Below, one piece after another: positions 28,101-40,100 of a stretch of DNA of 64,000 nt. The stretch's first letter is position 1, and the number at the start of each line of letters is the position of its first letter. The DNA is from Perna viridis. Its lineage: Eukaryota. The DNA lies in assembly GCA_037379345.1 (NCBI GenBank), contig CM074514.1, positions 9,238,001-9,302,000 of the forward strand, read 5' to 3'. Made by a program: the position numbers and the translations under genes. The notes under the pieces are model-generated. The model saw only the letters and a list, made by a program, of their open reading frames with translations, did not search any database and was not told where the DNA came from.

Positions 28101-31100
28101 AAAATGGATAAAATAAGAACAAAAAGACATTGATTCTCTATCAGAGTGGTTAAAGGCTGTGAGGTCTTTAATTTTGAAACGAATGAAAGTTTTATGTAGG
28201 TCAATGAATGCCAAGGCTACATTGGTTTTCAAAGACCCCGATGTAGCAAAAAGATTGTCTACTATACACAGGGGCTGCTCTGGCTTCCAAAATTCTATCG
28301 CCAGAAAAATCGCCAGCTGCCATTTTTTTTCGCCAGTTTTCAGAAATTAGAGCCAAAGGGTGCCAAAAAAAAACAACTTTTTTTTAAAAAAAAGACAGTA
28401 TAAGTCCACAGATGAATTATCTTTATCAATTCATCAAAATAACCTCTCCATTCATGACGTGTAAACATGTACCCAAGATTCACTCTTGATGCATGTTTAA
28501 AGCAGGTTTTTTGCTCTAGTCTGTCACTTTCATATGCATAAAATAAAAAAGTACTACTTCAGAAACAGGTATTTTACTTCTATCAAAGACTTTATATTAC
28601 TATTCTCATATAGTCATTGATTTAAAACATGTTCATCTTTGTCATTGATGGGCTAATTTATCTAATACAATATGATTTATTTTTTTATTTTTAACAAACT
28701 TGATTCTTTTTCTCAAGGGATAAAATTTCTATCAAACTACATTTTGTGCCATGGACCATTAACTGTGTCCATGTTTAATTATCTTGATATCTGAATAGTT
28801 TGTTTGTTTGTTGGGTTTTAACGTCCGAGCAGCAATATTTCAGCTATATTCAGACGATGAACATGAAATTGATGACAAAATGAACATGAAACGATAACGA
28901 AATGAAAAAGGGATTGGACACAAGGACAATGGGGTCGACAAACTTTGATTTCCACTGGAAATAGGGAGAGATGGGTAGGGTCGGGCAATTTAGCCTCCTG
29001 TGGCGGAGCCCTATGGTTCCTACTTCGGGAGAATACCACAGTAGGGTTCTTTAACGTGCGAGGAACGTGGCATCTTTCCCAACACGGTGCACCAGTATGG
29101 TTTGCGGTCAGGTTTTCCGTATTATAGCCTGACAACCCCAGCATGTAACACGCCAGGGGTACCCCATTCCACCACCTGGGGCACACATCCCAGTTGGTCT
29201 GTGGGCAGAGCGCCCTAGCCCCCGGCTAAGGTTCTGAGCACTATTTAGTCGCCTTTTACGACAAGCTTAGCGCTGCTGCAGGCCTATTCTTTTAACACCC
29301 GAACCTTCACGGGTCTGATATCTGAATAGCATTTCTTTGATTAGATTTTGGGATCCCCATTCTATTTGTTTACCAATTTTCCCGCCAAAAAAGTCGCATA
29401 GCAAAAGTGTAAACAAATGTCATTCATTTTCTTTTACCAATTCTTTCATTTCGAAGTATTTAGACACTTCCTGATGGGATAATCATTGTTAATTGGATTT
29501 AATTTACTCTGTTGTTAGGTAAATCTGTTTCTGGATGTATCACATGGTTAAACAGGGCTGTGAAACTTGCATGTAGCCACGTGCACATGGCCGTAATTGT
29601 GTTTACCTTTGACCATATGAGTTTTGATTGGCTCAATAATATATTTACATTTGATTGACACCTCCTATGAATATATTCGCCTAGTCTAATTACCTTTAAT
29701 TGCATTCAGTCGTAAATTGGTCATAGCCAATTAACTCAGACCAGGTGTCAACACAAAATTAGTCTATTAGAGAGAATATCCGTTGCTGATAAACTAGCTG
29801 TCAATTTTAATACACAAAACCTAGGCGCCAAGAAAATCGCCAACTGGCTATTTTTTTCGCCAGATAAAATAAAAAATTGCAAATTACGACATTGGCGAAG
29901 CCCAGCGCGACTCCTGTATACATGACAAATATGTTGTCGTACCAGCAGACAAAGCCCACAACAACATTGTTTTTGTCTGCAAAACGTTTCACATCCAATG
30001 TTTATTATCAGAAGTAGACGTAGAGAATAATAGCAGTGATAAGACCTATACTGCTACCACACTGTCCATAAGAAGAGATTTTGGAAAACCATAAATCTGT
30101 GCTATCCTCTTTTGGTCTCTCTACCAAGGACGATGATTGTGATTTACTGTCTATGTACTATGTACTAAACTCCACAAGAATCCATACAAACAACGTTTCT
30201 TAGCTGGATCTGCTGCAATATGTACCACCAAACCTCTTTCAAAACTTTTAACTGATATACTGACAACTGTCAAAAAGGGTCTACAGTCCTACCACAATAC
30301 TTGTTACTCCCGTAGTTGTATTCAATGTGGATCCTAACAAAGTCGAAAGATCTTTTGGAGACAACCAGTTCAAGACTTCAAGACTATTATCTGAATATAA
30401 TACTTTAAAACCTTTAATTTTTCAACACTGTATACTTCTATTCCCCATACTCAGTTAAAGTCCCGACTTAAAACATTATACATCGTTGTTTTTACAAAAA
30501 AAGATGGTATACCTAGATACAAATATATAGTTCTTTGCAGAGATTCCTTATACTTTGTAAGAAATAATTCTAAATCATCTTCCAAATATACAGAGGAAGA
30601 TGTTTCCAAAATGCTGGAATTTTTAATCGACAACATATTCGTCCAGTGTGGTGGACATGTTTTTTTTTTAAAAAAACGGTCGGCATTCCAATGGGAACAA
30701 ATTGTGCTCCATTACTTGCTGACCTTTCCCTTCACTATTATGAGGCTGACTTTGTAGCTGATCTGATCCGAAAGAAAGAATATCGTTTAGGTAGATTCTT
30801 TAATTTCAGTTTCCGCTATATAGATGACGTATTATCTTTAAACAATCCTAATTTCGGGGATTTGATAATTCGCATCTACCCCAAAGAATTTGAGATAAAG
30901 GATACTACAGACACTGTGAAGGCACCCTCATATCTTGACCTACATTTAGAAATCGATGGTAAAGGAAAACTTTTGACCAAACTTTACGACAAACATGATG
31001 ACTTTTCATTCAAAATTGTCAACTTTCCTCTCATCTGTGGCAACATCCCTTCAGCACCTGCGTATGGAGTGTTCATATCACAACTCGTATGTTATGCCAG

Positions 31101-34100
31101 AGCTTGCCGAAAATACACAAACTTTTTGTACCGCGCAAGAACTCTAACAAATAGGCTTCTGGAACAGGATTATGTTGCTACAGGACTGAAGTCATCACTA
31201 CAGAAGTTTTATGGTCGTCGTCATGAACCGGTGGATCGTTATGGTGTATCCATCCGCACCACGAAAACTGATTTATTCAACGGGTCATAGGTTTCCTTTC
31301 TTCGTTTGTCTACCCCGGACTTGACTTTTTATGAGCAACTCGGCGGGTGTTTCTAGAAAAGCAGAGGACGCTTACCCTACCGGTGCAACTGGTCCATGCT
31401 TCCAGTTTTTAGTGGAGTCCGAGGTGCTCATTTGATTTTGTTACTTTGTATATATGATTTTAGTTACTTTATGTTCTTTGCTGTGTATATCTGTTTTCCA
31501 TGTCTGGTCTTTGTCCTTGGATTACATTCTTTTGATTACCGCTATAACCTTGGTTCAACAAACGAAATTCGTTCCCGCCGAACTCCGGTGACAATCGTCT
31601 GCTTGATCAACTTCTCGGTATTGTACGTTGTTCGCGTAAAATAAATCCGAGATATCCGAAATAACGCCGAAGTGCATTCTGGGTTCTTCGGTTTTTGGAC
31701 AAACCATTTAAACGTAAACAACATCTCCTAGCAACCCGATCACTGTAAACATGGCCGACTCTTTACAATGTAAATATTGGCACCTAGAATTAAAATCTGA
31801 CCGGAATTTAACGGTTCAATGTTTAGGGAGAAGCCGTTTGGCTAAACGAATGAGCAAGTCATTTAAGACAATTTAAACGACGGTAGGTGTCAATAAAGTC
31901 GTAGAAAATATTTTTATTCAAATTTTAACAGTATGTTATTTATGTGACGCCGACTATAGTTGAAATAAATGATTTGCCCGGGTTTGAATAGCTTTTGTCC
32001 CGAAGCTGTAATGTTGTTGATAATTACCGGTTTATACTTAGGTTCCACTATATAGATAGGTCACTGCAGATAACTTGATGACAATTTGTGGAAATAAAGC
32101 TATATAGAGACACTTAAACAAGCATATCCAACATTTTTTTCCTGAAAAAAGTATATATTTTTCAAAACCTTACAATAATATTATAATATTATAACCTTGT
32201 AATAATAAACGTAATAAAAATATACATCAGTTTTCATAAGAAATTTTGGGTCAAAAAACAGGTTTTCTAAAATATCTGGAACTTAAAAACTGCCAAAAAA
32301 GTAAGTTGGCATGGTATTATTGTAAAAAAAAACAAATAAAAAGTATACTTTTTTCTGCTCATTTGTTCATGATTTTAATTCTTAAAGTTCTTTCGAAATT
32401 TTGCATTTTTGAAAAACTGTCTGTTGGTGCAGGGAAGAGAATCCAATCCGTTGAATCTTCCCGGATAGCTTAAAAAGCATGTATTTTACACCTCTTTACC
32501 TTCACAAGTATTGCATATATTTATGTACGATTGCTCTACTACCCACAATCAATATTTCCACACAGTTTCACCTCTTATTTTTAAATTTTACAAAATTAGA
32601 CCGGGTCAGTTTTGTGTACGAAATAGTGTACCGAAATCACATTTGTATAGTGCAGCCTTACATGAAATATGGCAGGTGCGGCCGGCGGAGCGGGACATAC
32701 TAACCCTTCTGGTGCACCTGATTTTACTTACGCGTTTTTGTAATTGGTTTGTTGTTTGTTTTTAGCTTTTTTTTTCTGGGGTGGGGTTATACTGCAAGTG
32801 CTTCAGATTGTTTATGTGACGTCTAATCTTAAGTTTTTATGTGTGAACTTTTTTTTATTAAATTCGCTACATTGTGCATATAGATTGTCTCTGGTTCATT
32901 TGTTTATGTTAAGGCCATATTTTTGGATTTTAATATCATTCCATTGCTGACGCTTCAGTATTTCTAGTTGTCTTAAACTAATAACATATTTTACTCACTT
33001 GCAATATGACGGATGCCTGTTGTCGATCAATACATGCTTATCGTTTTTGAGCTCCAAATGTCACTCCAGCCGTTTTATTAGATCAAATTGTAAGTGCTTT
33101 AATTTTTGTGTGTCTGTTTTTAATGCCTTATTTTATTTTTAATGAAAAACGTCTAGAATATGCGAGTCAACGCTTTCATTTGCAGATTAAATATCAAAAA
33201 ATGTAATTTCCAATTCTGAAATGTACTTTTCATGTATTTCTCTTTTCTCCTTTTTATTTTGATTTTAAATATATAGACAATATGCAACACACATGAATCA
33301 ATAAAAGTAGTCCACTTTAATTGTGAGCGTAGCCTGTATATATATCATAATTTGTTTTGACCAAGATGATATTTATTGGACATGGGACGCATACTGTTAA
33401 ACATATGTTAACTAAATCAAGCAAGATATCATTTTATTAGTACATCACACCAATGGTTTCATTCAGAAATTACATTTTTTTTACATTGTTAACAACATCA
33501 CTCTGACTTTCTTACTGACCAGGTCGTTAGATAAGCAGTAGATAATAAGGAAAGATTGTTATAATATATCTTTCACAGTAGGTACATAAAAAAACACTGA
33601 CATAGTTAAAGAAAAACGTAGGTTCTTTTTTAAGGCTTGAAAAAAGTTTATAGAATGATATTAATACTTTTGTAACGACTTGATTAATAATTTAATGTAA
33701 TCTAATTTAAGGACAAAGTAAGGACCGAACAGATGTTGCAGAATACCGAGCATTGAATTATAACTCTAAATGTACGCCTACACGTCCACCAGAGTGTACA
33801 GCAATCGATCTATCTGTGTTAGATTATGAGTTACACGCTCATCACATGTACTATGTGACAATTAAAGTAACCAACCTAGCAGGGTTAAGCACGTCAAAAA
33901 CGTCTGAAGGTTATATGCATGATGTCCAGGTGCCTTCAGTGGGTGTAGTTTATGATATTAATCCAAACGATGTTGACAATAAAGATGTTAAGGTATGTTT
34001 TACTGCATTGAACCATAAACGTGTCAGTTACAAATCAAACATATTTTATTTATGAATTATTTTAGATTTCCACATGTTTTTAAAGAAAGTAAAATGAACC

Positions 34101-37100
34101 GTTTTACCTCTTTTGAAAGGTTATTTCGTATTTTTGATTCACCATAATATGAAGTGTAGTAATATCTATTCGTTAGTTCGTCAACAGAGCAGAACCAATG
34201 AAAACAGGAATTATCTTACAGGATATAATAGATGTTGATTTCACGGAAGAATCTGATTCTTTGGCTGTACGATGGAAAGGCTTCCATCATCCTCATCTTC
34301 CTGTTAAGTACTCGGTCTGTTTAGGAACAACTCATGGAAGCTGTGATGTCAAGAAAAGAGATAACATTGACAATTCAGTCAATCAAATAGCATTTACAAA
34401 TTTGCCGCTTGTCTCCTTTCAGGTATGTTCACATGACTATTTTTTATTAGGGTAATCTATCCATTCTATGATAAATTTTGGTCCAGGGAATGGAACGGGT
34501 GTTTTCTTTGGTATGAGAACTGGTGCAATATGGTGTAAGGAAGAAGTTTGGACCATTTACGAACTGTACAGTAAAGTACAACATTCATAGATTATACACA
34601 CAACACACTGAACCCATGTTAAATGAGCAAATACGGTATAATGTATAATAAATTAACGTCTGTTTGTCTGTTCTCTTAAGACTTACAACTTAAAATTCAA
34701 ATAAGTTTATTCAGAAATATTTCGAAATAAGTATTTGTCGATGTATTTGTGTTTTGTTACATTGTCTTATATTTGTTAATTATAGAACAATTTGTTATCT
34801 TTAGACTGCCAGTTAGAACTAGTTGCTTCTAATAAGTTGACAAATTGTATAAGCTGCATAATGCTGTGAAACTTTGAATGCGATTTGTGATGACTTCACT
34901 TTAACTTGCATGTTCGAAACTTTATCTAACGTTGAAGTATGTTAAGCCAGTTGAACTGTATTACGATGATTCATAACACAAAAAAAGTGAAGTGAAATTC
35001 AACACTTATATACTTCTTTCAATATGAAGTCTGACTGCATTTCGAACAACATTAGTGTTAACATTAAATTCTCCAATTTTGTTCAAATTAGGTGTAATAA
35101 GAAGTAAAGTCAACTAGGTAATGTTAAATATTTATTTCAAAAATTGTTTCAGAAATACTTTTTCACTGTGAAAGCCATTACTTCAGCTGGTACTGTCGAG
35201 TCATTTTCTGATGGAGTAATGGTTGTTGACAGCAATACTCAACTATCAGGAGTTTTAATACACGATGGTCCCGTTTGCACTGGTATGTGGAAACATGTTA
35301 TATTGGTATTGTATGGAAGATAATAAAGAAATTGCTTTAGTAGATTTCATCTCAAATAAATTTCGAAGTTGTAACTCTTCCGAATCGAGTCTGATAGATA
35401 TTTTGTTGATAATTCAATTAATCATCCAAAAACATGGTTTTTTCATCGACTTTCGTTTCTAACTTCAATTTAATGAACCTTAAACAGCCACGTTATGAAA
35501 GTAAAGAACAAACGATAAGTTGTAGTGTTTAATTTCTTCACATTTTTAAAAAGATACAGCCTATATCTTGCACGAAATGGCGACTCTATTGGGCAAAAGT
35601 ATGTTGTGACGTCGTTAAAATTGGGTAAAATTTTTCTATGGCGTCGGAAATAAGACTTATTTTGTCATTTATTTATCAGCTTGTTTTTACCACGGCTGTG
35701 GTCAACTGTTATCTAAAGAATCTTGAAGCACGATGTCACCAGCCACTGACTCGTTTTTGTTTATACCCACCAGAAAGCTCCGTTATGATGCATAATTTAA
35801 ACGTCTATACAATAAAATTAAACCAGAAATTCGGGTTCGTAAGGTATAATGATAATATGAATTATTACAAAAAATAGAATTAGCATTCCATTTTGAAAAA
35901 AAGGGCACACACACACAGTTAGTATAATAATATGCAAATTTTGACAAAGTTCAATGATTAAACTTAGTTCTACTGTTTATTCCAACTGTCGTTTTATTGT
36001 AGATGAAACTAGTGTTAATGCAAGTCACCATACTAATGTAAGTACTGAAAACGTTTCAGGCTCTAGATTACCTTAGTTCCAATAAATATTACTACTTCCG
36101 AAGTTTGCGATACAGATTTTTTGTATTCGTATCCGTTTTACTTTCACAAACACCTTATAAACCCCTATTAATTATAGGTTTAATAGGATAATTAATTGGA
36201 AAGAGTGAATAACCAAAATATTTCCGCGCACAAGTTAATCGTTCTTGGCACGAGTGATCATGTTTTGGTTATTCACGATAACCAATTGATTATCCTATTT
36301 ATTATATAGATTTTCTTCATATTTTAACGATATGTTCAACATGAATTTAAATTTTGTGATTGGCGGATTGATATCAAAGTTGTGGCATTTTGACGGGAGA
36401 AGTCCGAGAGTGAAATTCAAGAATTTATTTCACAGTGTGAATTATCGAAATTTATTACACTGTGAACATTCGATTAAACACTGCTATATAATAATGAAAG
36501 TGTATACACTTCCATATGAGTATTATAACTATTTGATTGTAGGATATTTTGAAGCACTGTCTACCAGATATTGACTACCAAACTTCAACGACTACGTTGT
36601 ATGCTAAGTGGGATATTCCAACAGGTTTACACGATGTTATCAGAAGCTCCTGGATATCAGTAGATATACGATCACCTGTTGGAGGTTAGGAAAATAACAC
36701 AATATACACGCACATACTGTTTATCTTTGAATGAATATATTGGTAACTTGTTTAAGCAATTCAAAAGACGTAAATGATTATTTGCAAATGGTGCGCCTTA
36801 CATTTCAATTAACTTATATATGTGCAGGATTTTCATGTGGGAGGGGAACTATAGCCGCCCATAATATATCAACTATTGTCTTTCCTCTCATACAAGTAGT
36901 AATTATCAGTAACAAAACCATTAAAACTGGGTTTAATTAATATTCCCAAAAATATTTTCCCACCTACATTTTATACTTTAAGTTGTTTTACACAGATTTT
37001 TGGAGTACATTTATTGAGTATAGATACATTGGGAGTCATCATGTGGCAGAAATGGGGAATTTAGATCTTCAGCCGGGAAGAACATACCGGTTTAATATAA

Positions 37101-40100
37101 AATTATGTGCCGACAATCTTTGCTTTCCTCCATTGAAAAGTGATGGTGTTACTATTATACCTACTGCTCCAGTTACAGGCTCAATAGAAGTTCAACTTGA
37201 TAAGTTGAAGGTAATACTGATCAATATAACTACTGGGAAATTATACGCATATAGTGCTCCATAAGGTTTGATATTTTGCAGGAGACTGTTCTGTAAGTTC
37301 TTATTATACCACTCTGTTTCCTTCTTTGTTATTTTGCCTCACATTTCTGATAATTTTGAATAAAGAAACCAACGTATTTCTGCAAAATAAACAAATGAGT
37401 AAGCCACTTAACTACCCTGTTAGTATTATATCGATCCTGGTAGCTTGATTTTGTTTGTTTTATTTTTTTTTCAGTTACCAAATTTTTAGTATTCAGTTTG
37501 TGCATTTTTCCTTGTGTTGTAGATAACTATCATTACTAAACAAATGTATGACCCTGATATAAAAGACACAACGGAAGCCAAAGAAGCTATCGACTTCTTT
37601 GAATGGGCCATTGTCGACGGTTCAAGAGAAGCGGGTGTTTATACAAAGTGGGAAAAGGTTTCAACAGTTCAAATGATAAATAGCACTCACGTGAGTTAAA
37701 TAAGTCCTGAGTTGTTATGTTTTAATTTCTGTAAAATTATTGTTTCATGGTTTATCATCTTCGTCGTTGTAAAAGGAACCAAGATTCTAGGGGAAATCTA
37801 AAGAATGTAATCTTGGAACAAATACAAGACACGGAAAATAGACAAACAAAACAAAGAACATGAAATAATCAAAATAATACATACAAAGAAACAAAGTTGA
37901 ATGAGCATCTCGGACTCCACTACAAATCTGGAGCATGAACTAGATGCACCGGTAGGGTGAGCATCCTATGCTTTTCAAGAAACATCGCTGTGTAGCTCAT
38001 AAAAAGTCAAGTCCAGGGTAGACGAAAGAGGAAAGAAAAACTATGACTTATTGAACAAAAGTGTTATCATGTTGCAGATGGATACATAGTAACGATCCAC
38101 GAGTTATCGATGACGAACTTAAAACTTCTGTAGTGATGTATTCAATCTTGTAGCAACATAAATCTGTTCCAGTAGCCTAATTGTAAGAAGTCTGAGTAGT
38201 TACAGCAACCTTTGGCATAACGTATGAGTTGTGATATGAAAGACTCCATACACAGGTGCTAAAGGGTTGTTGCCACAGATGAAAGGAAAGTCGACAATAC
38301 GGAATGAAAAGTCATCGCGTTTGTCGTATAGTTTGGTCAATAGTTTTTCTTTACTATCGGTCTTTAAGTGTAGGTCAAGCTATGAGGCTGACTTCACAGT
38401 GTCTGTTATATCCTATATCTCAAGTTCTTTGGGGTAGATAGGATGTGTAAAATCCCCGAAATCAGGATTGTTTAAAGATAATACGTCATCTGTATAATGG
38501 AAACTGAGATTAAAGGATCTAGCTAAACATTGTTACTTCTTTTGGATCAGATTAGCTATAAAGTCAGCCTCATAAGAGTGAAGGAATTGGTCAGCAAATA
38601 GAGGATTACAATATGTTCCTATTGGAATGCCAATGTCGACCATTTGTTGAAAAAATGTTTCCAACACATAAAAAATTTCAGCATTTTGAAAACGATTTCT
38701 TCGTCTACCCAAGACCTGACGTTTTATGGACAACTCGGGGGTGTTAAAAATAGATATTTATAGCTGGTTTTAAGTGTAAACATGTGTTTATCATTCAATC
38801 AATAACTCTTTTCCGTTATTAATGAAGGTCAAAGTAGCTATATATTTGCATTTAAATAATCAAAAGCCAAAGTAAAAAGAAATGTCTGACATTTAGATTT
38901 ATCATAAAAAAATACACATTAACGGTTTAAATATCTAGTTTAAGTTTGACGTCATTCTCGAAGATAATATAGATTTAACCAAGTGTAAAAGAATTGCTTT
39001 ACGAGGATACAATAAAGTTGCCGTATGCAGTGAAGTTCAGACAGAAATAAAGAAATGTAACGTCGAAGATGGACATAGCCAGGTCATCCCAAGGGCAGTT
39101 ATTGACACTACAAATAGAAATGGTAGGTATAACTAAAATTTTGACAAAATTGTAATTAGTAGTTAGAACTATTTAAATACAAAGTAATGACAGGGTACTT
39201 AGAAGAAAAACAAAACAGAAAGTAACTAAAAAAGAAAGTTAAAAACTAGATAAGAAACCATAAGTTTTCTGCATTATAGGATATATATATAGACACATTT
39301 GTTGATAAAAGGACGTTGCAATTCGTTAAAAGATACATAAATTTCTTCAAAGTGATACTCGCGTCTGCACGAAAAAGAAAAGTGAATGATGTTTTTATGT
39401 ATTCCATTGTGTCAAAAACCTTCATGTATCCTAATAAACAAGTACTGTTAGTTGTAAAAAAAATAACTGTATCTTATTTTAAACTTTAGATGGATGAAAA
39501 TAAGAGAAAGTATATCAATGATCAATACATTTAATATAGAGGCACATTTGTACTTCATTTAAGTCATGTTAATGTATTTTATAATGTCTTCCAAAGAAGA
39601 CGGATCCTCAGAAGATGTTTTGTTAGAACTAAACACACCATGGACTTTACCTGATGTAGACTATATACCAACGAAACATGTATTGTCGGCAGTATGGCCA
39701 TCTTTACGCCATGATTCATATCAATGGGGTGTTTTAGAAGTTCGACCAAACGATGCTCTGACATTTTACAGAAACTATACTGATCTTGTTATCACCGATC
39801 CTTGCTCTCATCCAGATATCATCAAATGTGGTCATACAGGTAAGTTATTACTATAAGAATAGTATTGTGATCATAAAGTTAAATGCTACCAGAAGTATTA
39901 TCTAATGTGGTCATGGAGATAAAATTCATCAAGTGTGGTAAACATGGTACAGTGATATCTGAAGTATCATCTCGTATGGTCATTAAGTCAATATGATATC
40001 AACAAGTGAAAAATAACACTCAAATAAAGCCATATTCAATACTGCGTGTGTCATCACAAATTATTATATAGGTTTAATGATAGTATTCGTTGATCTAACG

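Larger units (their letters stand above)
28064..31555 (+). mobile_element. Penelope-like (Naiad-type) retroelement, longest copy: RT, thumb and 3' UTR; interrupted by a MITE at 28269-29916
   Basis: LSTI|HDKYVVVPADKA rejoins across the insert; GIPMGTNCAPLLADL, FRYIDDVLSLNN, SYLDL, KLYDK.DDFSF.IVNFP, PAYGVFISQL; ORF stops at 31290 with no GIY-YIG domain after it. Confidence 0.88.

Noticed and set aside
28818-29186. 122-aa ORF with a homologous 99-aa ORF at 61096-61395
   Set aside because: Both lie in copies of the same SINE; indels between the copies break the frame, so the similarity is at DNA level only.
31331-31431. SECIS element or selenoprotein-encoding Naiad
   Set aside because: The stem starts with ATGA but is fully Watson-Crick paired with no tandem GA/AG quartet, and I saw no in-frame TGA shared among RT copies.
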